The position numbers and the translations under genes are program-made. From positions 16,678,001-16,742,000 of the forward strand of contig OZ024750.1 of NCBI GenBank assembly GCA_964016885.1: a stretch of 64,000 nucleotides of DNA. Reading direction: 5' to 3'. Below, in pieces: positions 14,575-33,239 of the stretch (position 1 is the stretch's first letter; every line of letters begins with the position of its first letter). This stretch comes from Eledone cirrhosa. Its lineage: Eukaryota. The notes below the pieces were generated by a model. It worked only from the letters and a program-made list of their open reading frames with translations, did not search any database and was not told the origin of the DNA.

Positions 14575-14940
14575 TCTAGGATCAAGTTATAGTGAAGATT
14601 TTTAGGCTCAACTTCAAGTGAATAGATTTAGGATCTATTTGGGGTGAACATTTGTAGGATGAACTTGAAGTGAACATTCTAAGGATCAACTATTAGTGAA
14701 CATTTTAAAGATCAACTTGATTTTAACATTTTTAGGCTCAACTTAAGGTGATAATTTTTAGGATCAGCTTGCAGTGAGTATTTTGGCGAGCATATTGCAG
14801 TAAAATAATTTTTGGATCAACTTGTAGTAAAAAAAAAAATTAGGATTAATTTGAGGTGAATATTTTAGGATTGACTTGAGACGAACATGTTCAGGATCAA
14901 CCTGCAGAAAAAAATGTTTCGGATCAACTTATAGTGAAGC
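14575..14940. repeat. Degenerate minisatellite, about 25-32 bp unit
   Basis: Recurrent ttttaggatcaactt..agtgaaca. Confidence 0.75.
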
Positions 14941-15562
14941 ATTTAAAGTTAGCCTTTTTTGGTCATACTTTTGGCCTTACATTGAAAATAACCCATTCAG
15001 CAAACAGTATCTAATGTTCACTAGACTTTTCTGTGTTGAGCCAATCGGCCCAGTACTAGATTGGTACTTTATTTATTGACCTCGATAGGTGCACAACCAA
15101 GGATTTGGAAGAAAGAGATGGGTTACCCGATTAAAAACCCCAGTACTTTACTATATTTGCTTTCATAATGATGATGATAATGATAATTTATTTGTTACAT
15201 GAGCCAAAAATCAGATATTACAATGGGAGGGGAAAGAGAAGAAATTTGGTCGATTGAAATATTCCTCTTCCCTCTCCCCTCCACTCCTCCCCCTCCTTCC
15301 TCATTTCTTCCGTCAATACAACCGTCTTTCCCCTTCCGCTTTACAGATTAATCCATCCTACCTACAAACTGGATCACCTTTAAAATACAATGACGACCTC
15401 TGCCAAATTAATTTGACCCCCACCCCCAACAATGAAACAGGGTGTTGAGAGTTTCCCTCCCACTGTACAACGTCTGCCGGGCTTTTTATTTGTTTCTTTA
15501 ATTTTTCTCAGCCCCTCCCACATTTGTTTTTATTTTGTTTTCATTTTGACTGGTATCTAAGA

Positions 15563-15698
<136 letters not shown>

Positions 15699-16404
15699 GT
15701 ACCACCAACAACAACACCATTCTCTTAGTACCACCACCACCAACACCATCAGTAACAACAACAACACCATTCTCCTACTATCACCACCAACACCACCACC
15801 AACAACACCATTCTCCTACTACCACCACCACTACCCCCACAACTGGTACCTAATCCTCACAACCACCGACAAACGTCATTTCCGGCTTAATTAAAGCTTA
15901 ATTACAGGGATATCTATTCCTTCCCAATTTTTTCTTCTTTTTCATCATCCCATCTCAGCATCATTCCTTTCTTTGATTTTAGTTTGTTTTTGTTTCCAAA
16001 TTAATTAATTCTTTATTTCCTTCCATATTTCATTCCATACTTCATTCATAAAATTTTGTTCCCCCCCTTCCACCGTTTTTCGTTCGGTGGGATGATAGGG
16101 GGGGGGGGGGGGCGACGACAATATATTGTCTTTCGTTATCTTTTTAAATTTCGTTATTTTTCTTCATCCTTTCCTTCACTTCTTTCTTATTTCGATATTT
16201 TCTTTTCCTTTCCCTTCCTCCTATTATATCCATTTTTTCTTTTTTCTTTCTTTCTTTACATCTTTCCTTCTTTATATCTTTCTTTATTCCGTTCCTTTTC
16301 TTTGCTGTTTTTGTTGCTGTTACTGCTGCTGTTGTCTTGTTCATATGGTTAGAACACCCTCCTATATTTGTGCCTTTCCCAAAGAAATGAACCTGCAACA
16401 GTTT

Positions 16405-16588
16405 CAGACCTGTCAACTCTCCCAGTCGGACGGGGAGATTTCCAATAGCCTTTGGGGTGGGTGAGAGTTGTCTTCTCTTGTGAAAATGGCTATAGCTTTC
16501 ATTATGTAAAATCTCCACATTTTCCCTGTTTAGGGGCACTTTTTTTCATGGTACTCCCCGTTTGGGTTTTTAGAGGTTGACAGGTCTG
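16405..16588. mobile_element. MITE, CAGACCTG family, copy 3
   Basis: Perfect TIRs cagacctgtcaac ... gttgacaggtctg; flanks cagttt/cagttc. Confidence 0.85.
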
Positions 16589-17153
16589 CAGTTCAAATAG
16601 AACACATAACAACATCGAACTCTCTGGTTTCAGAGGGCCAGTGAAAGCTATGGGCACTGCCCTTTCCTCGAGGCCTACCAAGTTATAAAAAATGCCTTTA
16701 TTATGTTGAAGATGCAGGTTTGCCAGAAGAGTTCAGCAGTGACGGTGGAGCCTCACAGTTCAAGTGATTGTAATGATTCAAATGGCTGTCCATGTTTGGG
16801 GAGTGCAGCAAGGTTTTACTCATGTGTTGTGGTTGTATCTGTATGGTATTGATGGAAACAATATTATCATAACCACATTATATTTGAGCAAGATTACGCT
16901 GCTATTTCTTGAGGTCGTCCGACCTCGTAGAGACTCTCTCGCTGGCTCGTCCACCTGGAAATAGTGGTAGTGGGAGTAGTTTATGATTAACGAGAGTTTC
17001 GTTAACTATTTGCTGAAAATTCATTTGTGTGTGAGGGAGAGGAAGAGATAGATAGAGAACAAAGAGAAAAAACAGAAAGATAGAGAGAGAGAGAGAGAGA
17101 GAGTGAGAGAGAGAGAGAGAGAGTGAGAGAGAGAGAGAGAGAGAGAGGGTGTG

Positions 17154-17210
<57 letters not shown>

Positions 17211-17217
17211 AGTGTAA

Positions 17218-17578
17218 TATGTATCTCTATCTCTATATAGGACGGGTAAAATTTCCGAGGTCCATGGACAAGTTCTCTCCAGCGGTCTCTGTTCCCCATC
17301 ATCGTTGCCATGTCCTGCGTCTCCAAGAGACCAATGTCTGTCCTTAGGGCATCAACATATGTCGACCTCGGTCTCCCTCTTCTAGTGTGTCCGTGCAGGG
17401 GCTCCAGCAGGAGCACTGAGTGCAGTGTCAACTCTGGATGTCGGTGAGCATGTCCAGCTAACCTCAGTCTACTCTGTGTTACTTTTGAGCTGACCTTTGG
17501 GAGGCTCCCATACAGCTCTGAGTTCTTCATCCTCAGTGTATACTGATTAATGTTCAGAGCCATCCTCAACATTCTCGT
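17218..17578 (-). mobile_element. 5'-truncated RTE LINE (ORF2 C-terminus)
   Basis: RMLRMALN...RLRLAGHAHRHPE...LLLEPLHGHTRRGRPRSTYVDAL...NRDRWRELV, a typical RTE C-terminus. Confidence 0.9.
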
Positions 17579-17659
17579 GTTTTAATTATATTCGTATTTC
17601 TTTAATTAATTATTAATTTCTAGAGTTATTTACTCTTTCTTAATTGACACAATGTCCTA

Positions 17660-17965
17660 GCCATTGACAACATACCCCTGTCCCTAGATTTTGCTGTGTG
17701 GAGTCTCTTCGCTACCATTTCATGTCAGATATCACAAGATACCCTCCACTGTATACCAGTCAATGACTGACTACACACCCCCAGTCCTTAAATGTTGCCG
17801 TAAGTGACTTCTTGGTTATTATTTTATGTCAGATATCACAACAGGTTCTCCACTGTACACTGAATCTCAGCCAATGGTTGCCTACTCACATCAGTCCTTG
17901 AAATTTGCTTTGCGGGAACTCCTGGCCACTGCTTCATGTCAGACATCACTGCAGGCCTTCCACGT
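17660..17965. repeat. Degenerate tandem repeat, 3 units of about 105-110 bp
   Basis: Anchor atgtcaga(t/c)atcac near 17722, 17827 and 17936, with cagtcctt..a.ttgc motifs in register. Confidence 0.7.
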
Positions 17966-18166
17966 GTGACATATAACAATACAACACACTTTCACTTTCA
18001 TTTTCATTTCATCTACCCCGCCCACAATGTCAGCCAACTATTCCTTCATTTCTTCATCTTTTTCCCGCCTTTATTCATTTTTTTCTAATCTTTCTCTCCC
18101 TTACTCTTTGTTTTTCCTTTCTTATACTATATCACTCCCACTAACACACACACACACACACACACG

Positions 18167-18212
<46 letters not shown>

Positions 18213-18544
18213 TAAGAAGCACACACACACACGCACACACACATACATATTACGAAACACTCACATCCACGTACAAGCAAACACACACACACAATCACAC
18301 TCTCTTTCACACACACAAACACATGTAAGAAGCACACACACACACACACACACATTACGAAGCACTCAGACATACACACTCACAATCTCTCAGACATACA
18401 CATTATTTTCTCCTTAAATCTGTGCACCTTTTGTATTCTTTTATTGCTCTGTTTCTTCGTTGTAATTGCAGTCATTCTCCCCTCCTCCTCCCTTACTTGT
18501 TTCCTCCCATCCTTTCACCATCTTGTTCATTGCTGGCTTTGTGC

Positions 18545-19283
18545 CAGAGGGTCGGATGCCATGCTTTGACGCATAGAGTTACGGCCCTTGCCATTCTGAG
18601 TTCAAATCCCGCCGAGGTCAACTTTACCTTTCATCCTTACGGGGTCGATAAAATAAAGTACCAGTAATGCACTGGGTAATTGCTGGCCTTGTGCTAATAG
18701 TAGAAACAATTATTATTACATGCTTTGCAACATAGAGTTATGGCCCTTTACATTCTGAGTTCAAAGTACCAGTAACGCACTGAAATCGATTTAAACTGCA
18801 GGCTTTGTGCCAAAAGTAGAAACAATTATTATCATTATCGGTAGAGGATCGGACGCCATGCTTCGATGCATAGAGTTACGGCCCTTGTCATTCTGAGTTC
18901 AAATCTCGCCGAGGTTAACTTTGCCTTTCATCCTTACGGGGTCGATAAAATAAAGTACCAGTAATGCACTGGGTAATTGCTGGCCTTGTGCCAAACGTAG
19001 AAACAATTATTATTAAGGTAGCTATCCTCGGCGGGATTTGATCACAGAGCGTAAAAGGTCATAACTCTATGCTGCTAAGCATGTTGTCCGACCCTCTATC
19101 GATTCTCCCAATCCACCGCCCTAATAATGATTTCTAGTATAGGCACAAGGCCAGTAATTTGGGGTGGGGTTGGGAGTGGGGAGTCGATTAAATCGACCCC
19201 AGTACGTTACTGGTACTTTATTTTATCGACCCCGTAAAGATGAAAGGCAAAGTTAACCTCGGCGGGATTTGAACTCCCACCGC
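18545..19283. mobile_element. Cluster of five SINE family A copies/fragments (3 plus, 2 minus)
   Basis: Repeated B-box and gtcgataaaataaagtaccag bodies in both orientations. Confidence 0.85.
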
Positions 19284-19499
19284 CCTAATAATAATAAGTC
19301 ATCACCAACACCGACACCACCATTACGAGACTACTATCAGGAAATCAACTATAATCACACCACCATCACCACCACTACCACTACAACCATCACCATCTCC
19401 ATGAAAGCCAGCGTTGTTGCAACCGACACCATCACAATTAACATCAACGTAACTATCACCTTAACAAGTCAATACTATTATCACTATAATCACGAAAAT

Positions 19500-19980
19500 C
19501 ACTATCTCAGCCACCTTCACCACCACCACCACCACCATCATCACCATCACCACCACCATCATCATCATCATCACGATCTCAACTATCACCACCACCACCA
19601 TCATAACAAACAACGCCGCCGCCGCCAGTACCACCACCAACACCACCAACATCACCACTACCACCACCACCACCACCACCACCACCACCACCACCACCAC
19701 CACCACCACCACCACCACCACCACCACCACCACCACCACCAACACTACCACCACAACCACCAAAATTACCGTCTCAACCCACCACCACCACTACCACCAC
19801 CATCATCACCACCACCAGAATCACCATCTGCACCATCACCTGCTCCACCACTACCTCTACCTCCACCACTACCACCAACACCACCACTACCACCACCATC
19901 ACCACCAACACCACTACCATCGCCACCACCATCTCACCACCACTTACTACAAACACACCACCACCCCCAACAACTACACA
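19500..19980. repeat. (CAC)n/(CAT)n low-complexity tract
   Basis: Direct reading. Confidence 0.9.
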
Positions 19981-20151
19981 CCCCTAGTGAAAGAAAACAC
20001 CCAATGTTAGGTACATAGTAATCATGAATAAATTTGCTTATGTCAACTTATTTCACTTTTGGTAATGATACCTTACACCGTTACCTCCCCTTTGTTTACC
20101 TCCCCCTCTTCTCTCGTAGTAACACTATTATCTCCCTTTTTCCCCCTTGCC

Positions 20152-20184
<33 letters not shown>

Positions 20185-20232
20185 CCTATCTGTCTATCTA
20201 TCTATCTATTCATCTCTCTATTTCTCTCTCTG

Positions 20233-20300
<68 letters not shown>

Positions 20301-20729
20301 ATCTATCTCACACTTTCTCCCCCTTTCTCTTCTCTTCAATTGGATGTCTTTCCACTTTATGTTTGTATTGTACGATAAAAACCGCTGAAAAGCTTTTAGT
20401 GAGGTGCAGCAACAACAACAACAACAGCAAGAATAACAACAGCAGCAACAATATCAACATCAACAGTGGGTTGTGGGAGAGGGACAAACGAATAACAACA
20501 ACTGCAGCAACAAAAACATCAGCATTAATTGCAATAACAGTGAGACATGAACGAACAACAACCACAACAGTAACAAGACCAGAAATAACAACAACAACAA
20601 CGAAAACAACAACAACAACAACAACACCAAAAATAACAACAACAACAACACCATCAATATTAATATAAACAACAACACCAACAGCAATAATAATAACAAC
20701 CACAACAGCACACACACACACCCACACAT

Positions 20730-20773
<44 letters not shown>

Positions 20774-20931
20774 ATAATAATATTATTTATAGTTATATAT
20801 ACACTATATACAACTATAAACAGGAAAGATCAGTAATTCATTACTCCCTTATTACCAGTAAGAAAAATAGCTCAATGTATATACATCAGATGTTTTACAG
20901 AGCAGGAATATAAATTACACAATAGTGCTAG

Positions 20932-20978
20932 TGCTCCGATGATTCCAAACTTTCGTTTGGAAGAAACGATTGTCAGCA
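20932..20978 (+). ncRNA. Type I hammerhead motif, CCGAUGA core variant
   Basis: TGCT-CCGATGA-TTCCAAAC tttc GTTTGGAA-GAAAC gatt GTC/AGCA, followed by AATAAA; inside cassette 20800-21020. Confidence 0.75.
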
Positions 20979-21014
20979 ATAAAATGATTTGAACATGGCT
21001 TTGATTATTGTGTA

Positions 21015-21073
<59 letters not shown>

Positions 21074-21101
21074 AACAGTTAAACATGCAATGAATATTAT
21101 A

Positions 21102-21411
21102 CAGTGTACCCCCGGCACTCGCGGTCCCTGTTATTCGCGGAATTTTCATCAGAACCTAACTAATTGTTCGTGGAAATCACCGCAAATTTGTGGAATCGTA
21201 AATGTCTTCCGCGATTATTTTATGGGTTTTTTCGTGGCAATATATACTTTTTCACGCTTTTTCATGCTAAATTATTAATAACAATATACCATATTTTCTG
21301 GCCTATATTTTGCGTTATGTCTTAACGTTTATACCATGTCCAATATTTGCGGTTTTTCACTCTTCGTATGTGCTCTAGGAACGTAATCCCCTACGAATAC
21401 CGGGAGAAAAA

Positions 21412-21414
<3 letters not shown>
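21102..21414. mobile_element. Tigger/pogo-like MITE
   Basis: ta-CAGT ... ACTG-ta termini; subterminal attcgcgg / cgaataccggg. Confidence 0.6.
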
Positions 21415-21459
<45 letters not shown>

Positions 21460-21463
21460 ATGA

Positions 21464-21545
<82 letters not shown>

Positions 21546-23147
21546 GTTTGTGTATATATATATATATATTGAAACTGTTAAACATGCAATGAATATTATA
21601 TATAATATTTTCTGTGGTTGCTTTTTCCTAATTTTATTTATCCCGTTATTCTTTATCTCGTGTTTTAACTACATTTTATATTTTTCTCATATCCCACACA
21701 ACTTATTTTATTTGCTATATTAGTCTTTTTAATTTTCATTCGTTGTTTTTTAGGGTCAGTTTGGTTGAGTGAATAAGAAATATTTTGAAATAGAAAGAAA
21801 TATAGAGAAAATTAAAGATCATTCTTTCCATATCCTTTTTATTATTATCACTTTTTTGTTGTCTTTCAATGATTAAATAAAACTAAAAGAAACATCAACT
21901 TATATTTGTGTTTTGATATCGGTGTTTATAAATGATTCTATCATAAAGAAAAAAATTGTAATAATAATAGTAATAATAATAATAATAATTATGATAACGA
22001 AGAAACTGAAAAGGTGAACATCTCAAATTAAATTCGAATAAACGAACAGAAAATCTGGAATAGTAGTAGTAACAGCAACAATGTGCTTATGTTTTGAAAA
22101 CAAGAAAAAGAAACTTGCCAAGCAAAAATTGTGAATCAAATCTGAAAAATTGGAAGCCATTTGAACCATATATAGAATTTGCTATAATTATTCGAACAGA
22201 TTCAAATAAGAAATCGCGTTGGGGTTGAATATAAAAGGAACTAAGATAAGAACGTGATTGAATAAAGGCGCTTCGAAAATTGGCTGTGGGTCACAGATAC
22301 AAAGCGTAAAAAAAGATGGAAGAAAAATGGTGGAGAAAATCGATTTCTTTTCTTGAAAACTTAGTAAAAGACGATAGTAATGGCGATGAAACTGTCAGAA
22401 AAAGATGACGACTACAACTACGACGATGGTAAGGTCGAGGTCGTTAGTTGGTGATGACGATGACAACTATAACGACGACGACGACGATGATATTGATGAT
22501 GATGAAGATGATAATGATAATACAAACGTAGTCGTTCAGTGGCAGACGACATAGCAAATACAGACGACAAGCTGGTATTGCAGGAAAAAACAAACAGCTT
22601 TTTTGTCAAGGTACAACAGAAGAATGGTGTGAAAATAAAACGTGCATAGCTGAAAACTTTTCGGACATTATATTAATTTCATGAATGAAAGAAACGGGGA
22701 ATGTTTTAATCTAAAATAAAATGCAATAAATTCATTTAATTCGGGGGAAAATAAATATTAATAATAAATAATCGTTAAAATATTTCTTAAAATATTTTAT
22801 AAACATTTTCCTTTGAAAATTTGTGATTTGTATAAAAGATATTTTCTTTTTCCTATTTGTTTTAAGTTCCTTTTACTTTCGTTCATTGTTTTCGAGAAAT
22901 TGCAATGAAATTTTCTTCAAAAATAGAAAAATATTTCTTATCCATGACTACAGCTTTCTGTAAAACCTCGTGAAAGGGAAAATATTTTTCGTGTGGACAT
23001 ACACGAGAAAAATAGAATGATAAATACATAGAAATATTTTAGGTATTTGTTGATGTTGTTGTCGTTGTTGTTGTTGCTGTTGTTGATTTTCTTCTTTAAC
23101 TCTCTCTCTCTCTCTCTCTCTCTCTCGCTCTCCCTCTCTCTTTCTTG

Positions 23148-23183
<36 letters not shown>

Positions 23184-23630
23184 ATCTATCTATCTATCTC
23201 TCTTTCTCTCTCTTTTGCCATCTCACCATCACTCTTTTTCAGATACATATACAATCTTGCACCGACACCCACTTCTCTCATACACACTTACGCCACACAC
23301 ACACACACACGCACTCTCCCCCCTCTCTCTCTCTCTCATACACACACACACTCTCTCTCTCTCATTTGAAATTTACATTAAACATATTTAAAAATTTACG
23401 TAAAGTTCAACATTTAAAAAATCTTTTACAATTAATTATTATTTTGTTTGTTTAATTGAAATATTAACTTTGTTTATCTGACATAATAATAACAACAACA
23501 ACAACAATTACAACAAAAATCATAAAATGAGAGATTGGACATGATTAAGAAGAAATACATTTTGATTCATACCTGCATATTTTACAGGTTTGAATTTTAA
23601 TTAATTCAACGCGCAGACAGACACGCACGG

Positions 23631-27690
<4,060 letters not shown>

Positions 27691-27896
27691 TATATGCTTG
27701 TGAAGCAATTGCATCAGTTTTTTTAATGGTCTCCATGACCAAAATCTTTGCTTTAGCATAAATTATTATGTAAATATACAAGTGATAAGGAAACCACACA
27801 CATACAAACTCACACACAAACGCACACACAAACACACTCAAACACATACGCAGGGACATACACATATCATCATTCCCATTATTGCTGTTATTATTG

Positions 27897-28012
<116 letters not shown>

Positions 28013-28056
28013 GCTGTTGATGTCGTTCTTGTTGTTACCATCGTCATCATCCCCAC

Positions 28057-28089
<33 letters not shown>

Positions 28090-28445
28090 TATCATCATTA
28101 TCATCGCCTTTATTATTATCATTATTTTTATTATCCTCACTTATTAGTCTTTATGTAAATTTTATTGTCGTTTTTTTTTTTAATACGCATTTCAGTTGAT
28201 GTTTTCTTAGACAACTTTTTATCTCATACGATTAGACTGTTTACTTGTTTATATATGTCTATTACATTTTTATATATTTGTTTGTTTGTGCTCGTGATTC
28301 CTCACTGCCTCTCTCTGTCTGCCTGTCTGCCTGTCTGTCTATGTCCGGCTCTGAAGTTATAGATTTGCTTGCTTGTTGATTGGGGTGCGCTGTTCATCTC
28401 GATATCTATTCATCGTCCATATTAAATGACATATCTATAGGCTGT

Positions 28446-28479
<34 letters not shown>

Positions 28480-28498
28480 ACAACCTATAGATATGTCA

Positions 28499-28529
<31 letters not shown>

Positions 28530-28575
28530 CACCTATATATATGCATATATATGTACATATGTATATATGTATATA

Positions 28576-28606
<31 letters not shown>

Positions 28607-28609
28607 TGT

Positions 28610-28727
28610 GAAGGCGTGTGGCGGAGTGGTTAGGGAATTGGATTCGCAATCGTAAGGTTGCGAGTTCGATTCCTGGACCAGGCGATACGTTATGTCCTTG
28701 AGCAAGACACTTTATTTCACGTTGCTC
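28610..28727 (+). mobile_element. SINE family B 5' head
   Basis: A-box tggcggagtgg, B-box gagttcgattcc, gtccttgagcaagacac. Confidence 0.8.
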
Positions 28728-29092
28728 CTTCTACCTGGAGTTGCGACCGATAGATAGTACTAGCAATTGGAAAGACCAACGGAAACATTGTTCCCTCGGT
28801 CCGATTTGACAAAAGTCGATCGTTAAAAAAAATATATATATTATATTTGTATATATATATATATATGTATATATGTATATATATATTTGTTTTTATATCT
28901 ATGTTAGTTGAGTCAGTCAACGAATTATGGTGTAATTAGGTTTAAACACACCACGTCAGTTGAACCTATCTATGTAAGATTTGGTAGCACGTAGACCAGT
29001 ACCCATGGAGCATTGAGATGTTAATAAATATGAAGACAAGTCTCTCTCTCTCTCTCTCTATCTCTCTCTCACTGTCTCTCTGTCTCTGTCCC

Positions 29093-29142
<50 letters not shown>

Positions 29143-29185
29143 AATAAATTAGACAATTATCAAAGTTGTGTTCAAATCATTTAAT

Positions 29186-29230
29186 AGCTGACAATCGTTT
29201 CTTCCAAACTTTTGTTTGGAATCATCGGAC
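29186..29230 (-). ncRNA. Type I hammerhead motif, CCGAUGA variant, second copy
   Basis: CCGATGA-TTCCAAAC aaaa GTTTGGAA-GAAACGATTGTC-AGC; stem I 5' side eroded; cassette 29140-29400 is related to 20800-21020. Confidence 0.65.
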
Positions 29231-29405
29231 GATTATCAATGTTTGTACATATAATTAACCTCCTATTCAACTGAACAATCATATAGATACATAGATACAC
29301 CTGATGTTCTTACATTGAGCTATTTCTCTTACTGGTAATAAGGTAGTAGGAAATTACTGAACTTTCCTGTTTATAGTTGTTTATAGTAGAAACATCACTA
29401 TAAAT

Positions 29406-29480
<75 letters not shown>

Positions 29481-29736
29481 TACATATACATACACATATA
29501 TATATAAGCATGTTGCTACTACAGTACATGTCAACTATTGTATATTTGAATAAAATCGGAGGAGATATAATCCTACATTATATTTAACTATATTATAGTT
29601 AATAGACATTCTACTAACCTTTGCAAATAGCAAATCATAATATTAAATTACAATCTTACTACGTGCTCCTAAAGCCTTCCATTATTTGTATTCCTTTTCT
29701 CTCCCCCTCATGTACATATATATATATATATATATA

Positions 29737-29809
29737 CAGGATATCCCCCCCAAAATGTATACACATTTGCCTGTACAGGTAGTCAAAGCGTGAATAATTA
29801 TTTTGGGAC

Positions 29810-29814
<5 letters not shown>
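29737..29814. mobile_element. Short Tc1/mariner-type MITE remnant in (TA)n
   Basis: ta-caggatatccccc..aaaa ... ttttgggacaccct-ata imperfect TIRs. Confidence 0.5.
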
Positions 29815-29897
<83 letters not shown>

Positions 29898-29974
29898 GAT
29901 TAAGGTATTCTTTGCTTAAACCTTAATCTGTACATATAATAACTATTTGGTCTACGGGGTTTTTATATATATAT

Positions 29975-30007
<33 letters not shown>

Positions 30008-30047
30008 GATATTAATAAATGGAAACTATATTTATAAAACCATATTT

Positions 30048-30110
30048 ATTTCATTATACATATTTCAGGAATACCACATTAAATTATGGTATGCCTTCAT
30101 CAGACAAAAT
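30048..30110 (-). ncRNA. Type I hammerhead with long stem II
   Basis: ATTTTGT-CTGATGA-AGGcATACCAT...GTGGTATtCCT-GAAA-TATGTA-TA/ATGAAAT; same family as 60828-61203. Confidence 0.75.
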
Positions 30111-30182
30111 ACAATATATAACAGTTTTACAAATAGGTTTGACGTACCCTTTAAAATACAACCATTACTTTTGGAGGCTGTC

Positions 30183-30317
<135 letters not shown>

Positions 30318-30362
30318 ACCCTTAGTGAGCCCTCTTCGGATTTTAGTCTTCAAATTCATTAT

Positions 30363-30408
<46 letters not shown>

Positions 30409-30523
30409 AGAAAATGCGAAGTAGTTGCAGATGTTGGAAAAAGTACGTAGAGTGTTTGAATTGAATTGCATCAACGTTTACCGTAAGACTTTAGCTCCTA
30501 AATGTTGGGTGCTTTATGGTGTA

Positions 30524-30579
<56 letters not shown>

Positions 30580-30695
30580 TTCTTGAGGGAATCAAACTAA
30601 GCAAAATGTAGTCTATCTATCTGTCTGTCCTCCTCTTTCCTCCTCCCCTCCTTCTCTTTTTATCTGTATCTCTCTCCTTCTTTGCCTGTCTGTAT

Positions 30696-30777
<82 letters not shown>

Positions 30778-31179
30778 ATCTATCTATCTATCTATTTAAC
30801 TATCTGTCTGTCTCTTGACAAAATGGTTTTCCGTTGAAGAACGGAAGGAGTTAAATAAGGTACTCAATGCGTCAAGCAGAGGGGGTAAAAATATATTTCA
30901 AATAGAAAGAACTTCTACACGACTATAACCGTTTCATTTGGTTGCAATCCAACATCAACAACAACAACAAGTTTCTTGAGAAACCTGCAAACTTCTCACC
31001 CTTTACAAGTTAAGCTAGAGTAATTTCTTGTTGAAGTTGCTAATCTTATTTAAAAACGCTATTTTAATTTCTTTAAACTTCACAACAAAACCGAAACTGC
31101 GTCATATATATTTTATTTATTTAATTCAAGTTTGTCATGTTTATACGTACTTACATACACACATATTAAATAACAAGCA

Positions 31180-31309
<130 letters not shown>

Positions 31310-31422
31310 TATATACAAGTATGTATGTGTGTGTATCTGTACTTGAGTGTATCTGCATGTTTATATGTATGTTTGGTTGTATATATGTATATATGTATGT
31401 ATGAATATATATATATATATAT

Positions 31423-31482
<60 letters not shown>

Positions 31483-31881
31483 TGAGATGTGTGTGTGTGT
31501 TTGTGTGCGTTTGTGTGCATGTATGTGTATACTAAATTCTACAGAGGAATAAAATTACGCCATGATCAAATGTAAATATATCTAAATGCATGTTTTATCA
31601 AGCATGATATCAGGTGAGATGATGGAGGAGAGATATAATCACAACACAGGGTTAGTGTGGTGGTGACTGTTGCGTGGCGTGATATCTGGGAAAAAACAAA
31701 CTCAGTAAAAACACACAAAAAATATGACGAATTAAAAGCAGAAGTTGAAATAAAATAAACACATTGAATAATTTCACTCACGGTTTTCAAATTTCAAACG
31801 AAAATTACAGATTTTACAGCTTGCTTTCACCACGAGCCTTACAAAAACCAGACGATAGCCATAGTACACCACACACACACA

Positions 31882-31988
<107 letters not shown>

Positions 31989-32001
31989 AGAGAGGCGTAC
32001 A

Positions 32002-32047
<46 letters not shown>

Positions 32048-32184
32048 ATATATGAATTTACATATATATGTGTGTGTGTGTATGTGTTCTTTTTCTTCTC
32101 AGTATGTATACACTTACACACACGCAAACACACACACACACACACACATACACACACATACATACACACACGCATATATATATA

Positions 32185-32226
<42 letters not shown>

Positions 32227-32321
32227 CGTAATGAAAGCATCGCCCGAGTAGATTTAATCAGTTAGATTCATGCATCTCTCTCACACGCGCTCTCTCTCTA
32301 TATATATATAGAGAGAATGAT

Positions 32322-32387
<66 letters not shown>

Positions 32388-32827
32388 AGATAGAGATAGA
32401 GAAATAAATAGATAGATAGATAGATAGAGAGAGAGATGCATACATCTATCTGTATAAGTCTACTCGAGTGATGCATTCATAAAAAACACATACACATGCA
32501 ATATTTATATATGAATTGCATGCAACAATGAAGATAAATCCATATACATACATTTACAAACATTGCGCATGTAGTAAGAATTTCTTCACGAAAATCTTAG
32601 ACTATATCAACGAAAATCGACAGAGAGCACTCAATACAGGGTGTAGTGTATATATCGTTTATTAAAACTGAATTCTTTATTTCATAATTCGAGTACCATG
32701 CCAATGTCCTATCTATGTCTCTTTATTGTATAATAAACGACTTCTCCATTCTCTCCGCCGGGGGTGTGGGGAGGCCAGCCCGTGGGACCTCATTTGCTCA
32801 CCATACGGTGAGAGGGGTGGGTGGATG

Positions 32828-32945
32828 GGGCAGGGCGAGAGAGATGGGGGAGGGCGAGAGAGGTGGGGGAGGGAGAGAGAGATGGGGGAGGGGGAGAGAG
32901 ATGGGGGAGGGCGAGAGAGATGGGGGGAGGGCGAGAGAGATGGAG
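32828..32945 (+). repeat. G-rich tandem repeat, about 19-20 bp unit, about 6 copies
   Basis: gggcgagagagatggggga units; G-quadruplex potential. Confidence 0.8.
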
Positions 32946-33239
32946 GCGATGACAGTGGGAGTTCGGCTCTTCCACGTTCGGACCATATCCTTATGGTTAT
33001 GTTCATCAAGCCCTAGTACTGTATAGTGAGGTTGTGAGCTGGAGTCTTGGTGGTCAGCCGATCCTCCATGGAATTTGAAACAGTACTGAACCCACTTAGA
33101 TGTGGATTTTTGTGCCCTAAACTAGGATGTTACCGGCTTTTTCCATTGATGAAACTGTGAGTACTTTAACATTTTCATAAGTTAATCTGTCGATACAGTA
33201 ATTACGATGTTTTCATGTTGTGATGGTGATAGAGTCAGT

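Noticed and set aside
16900-16962. Minus-strand acceptor tttccag with short frames
   Set aside because: All frames stop soon; it could equally be a decayed RTE 3' end.
19269-20018. His/Pro-rich 249-aa ORF
   Set aside because: Starts in a SINE and runs through (CAC)n.
22380-22434. Plus-strand MAMKLSEKDDDYNYDD followed by gtaag
   Set aside because: Lies in GAC/GAT low-complexity sequence with no partner exon.
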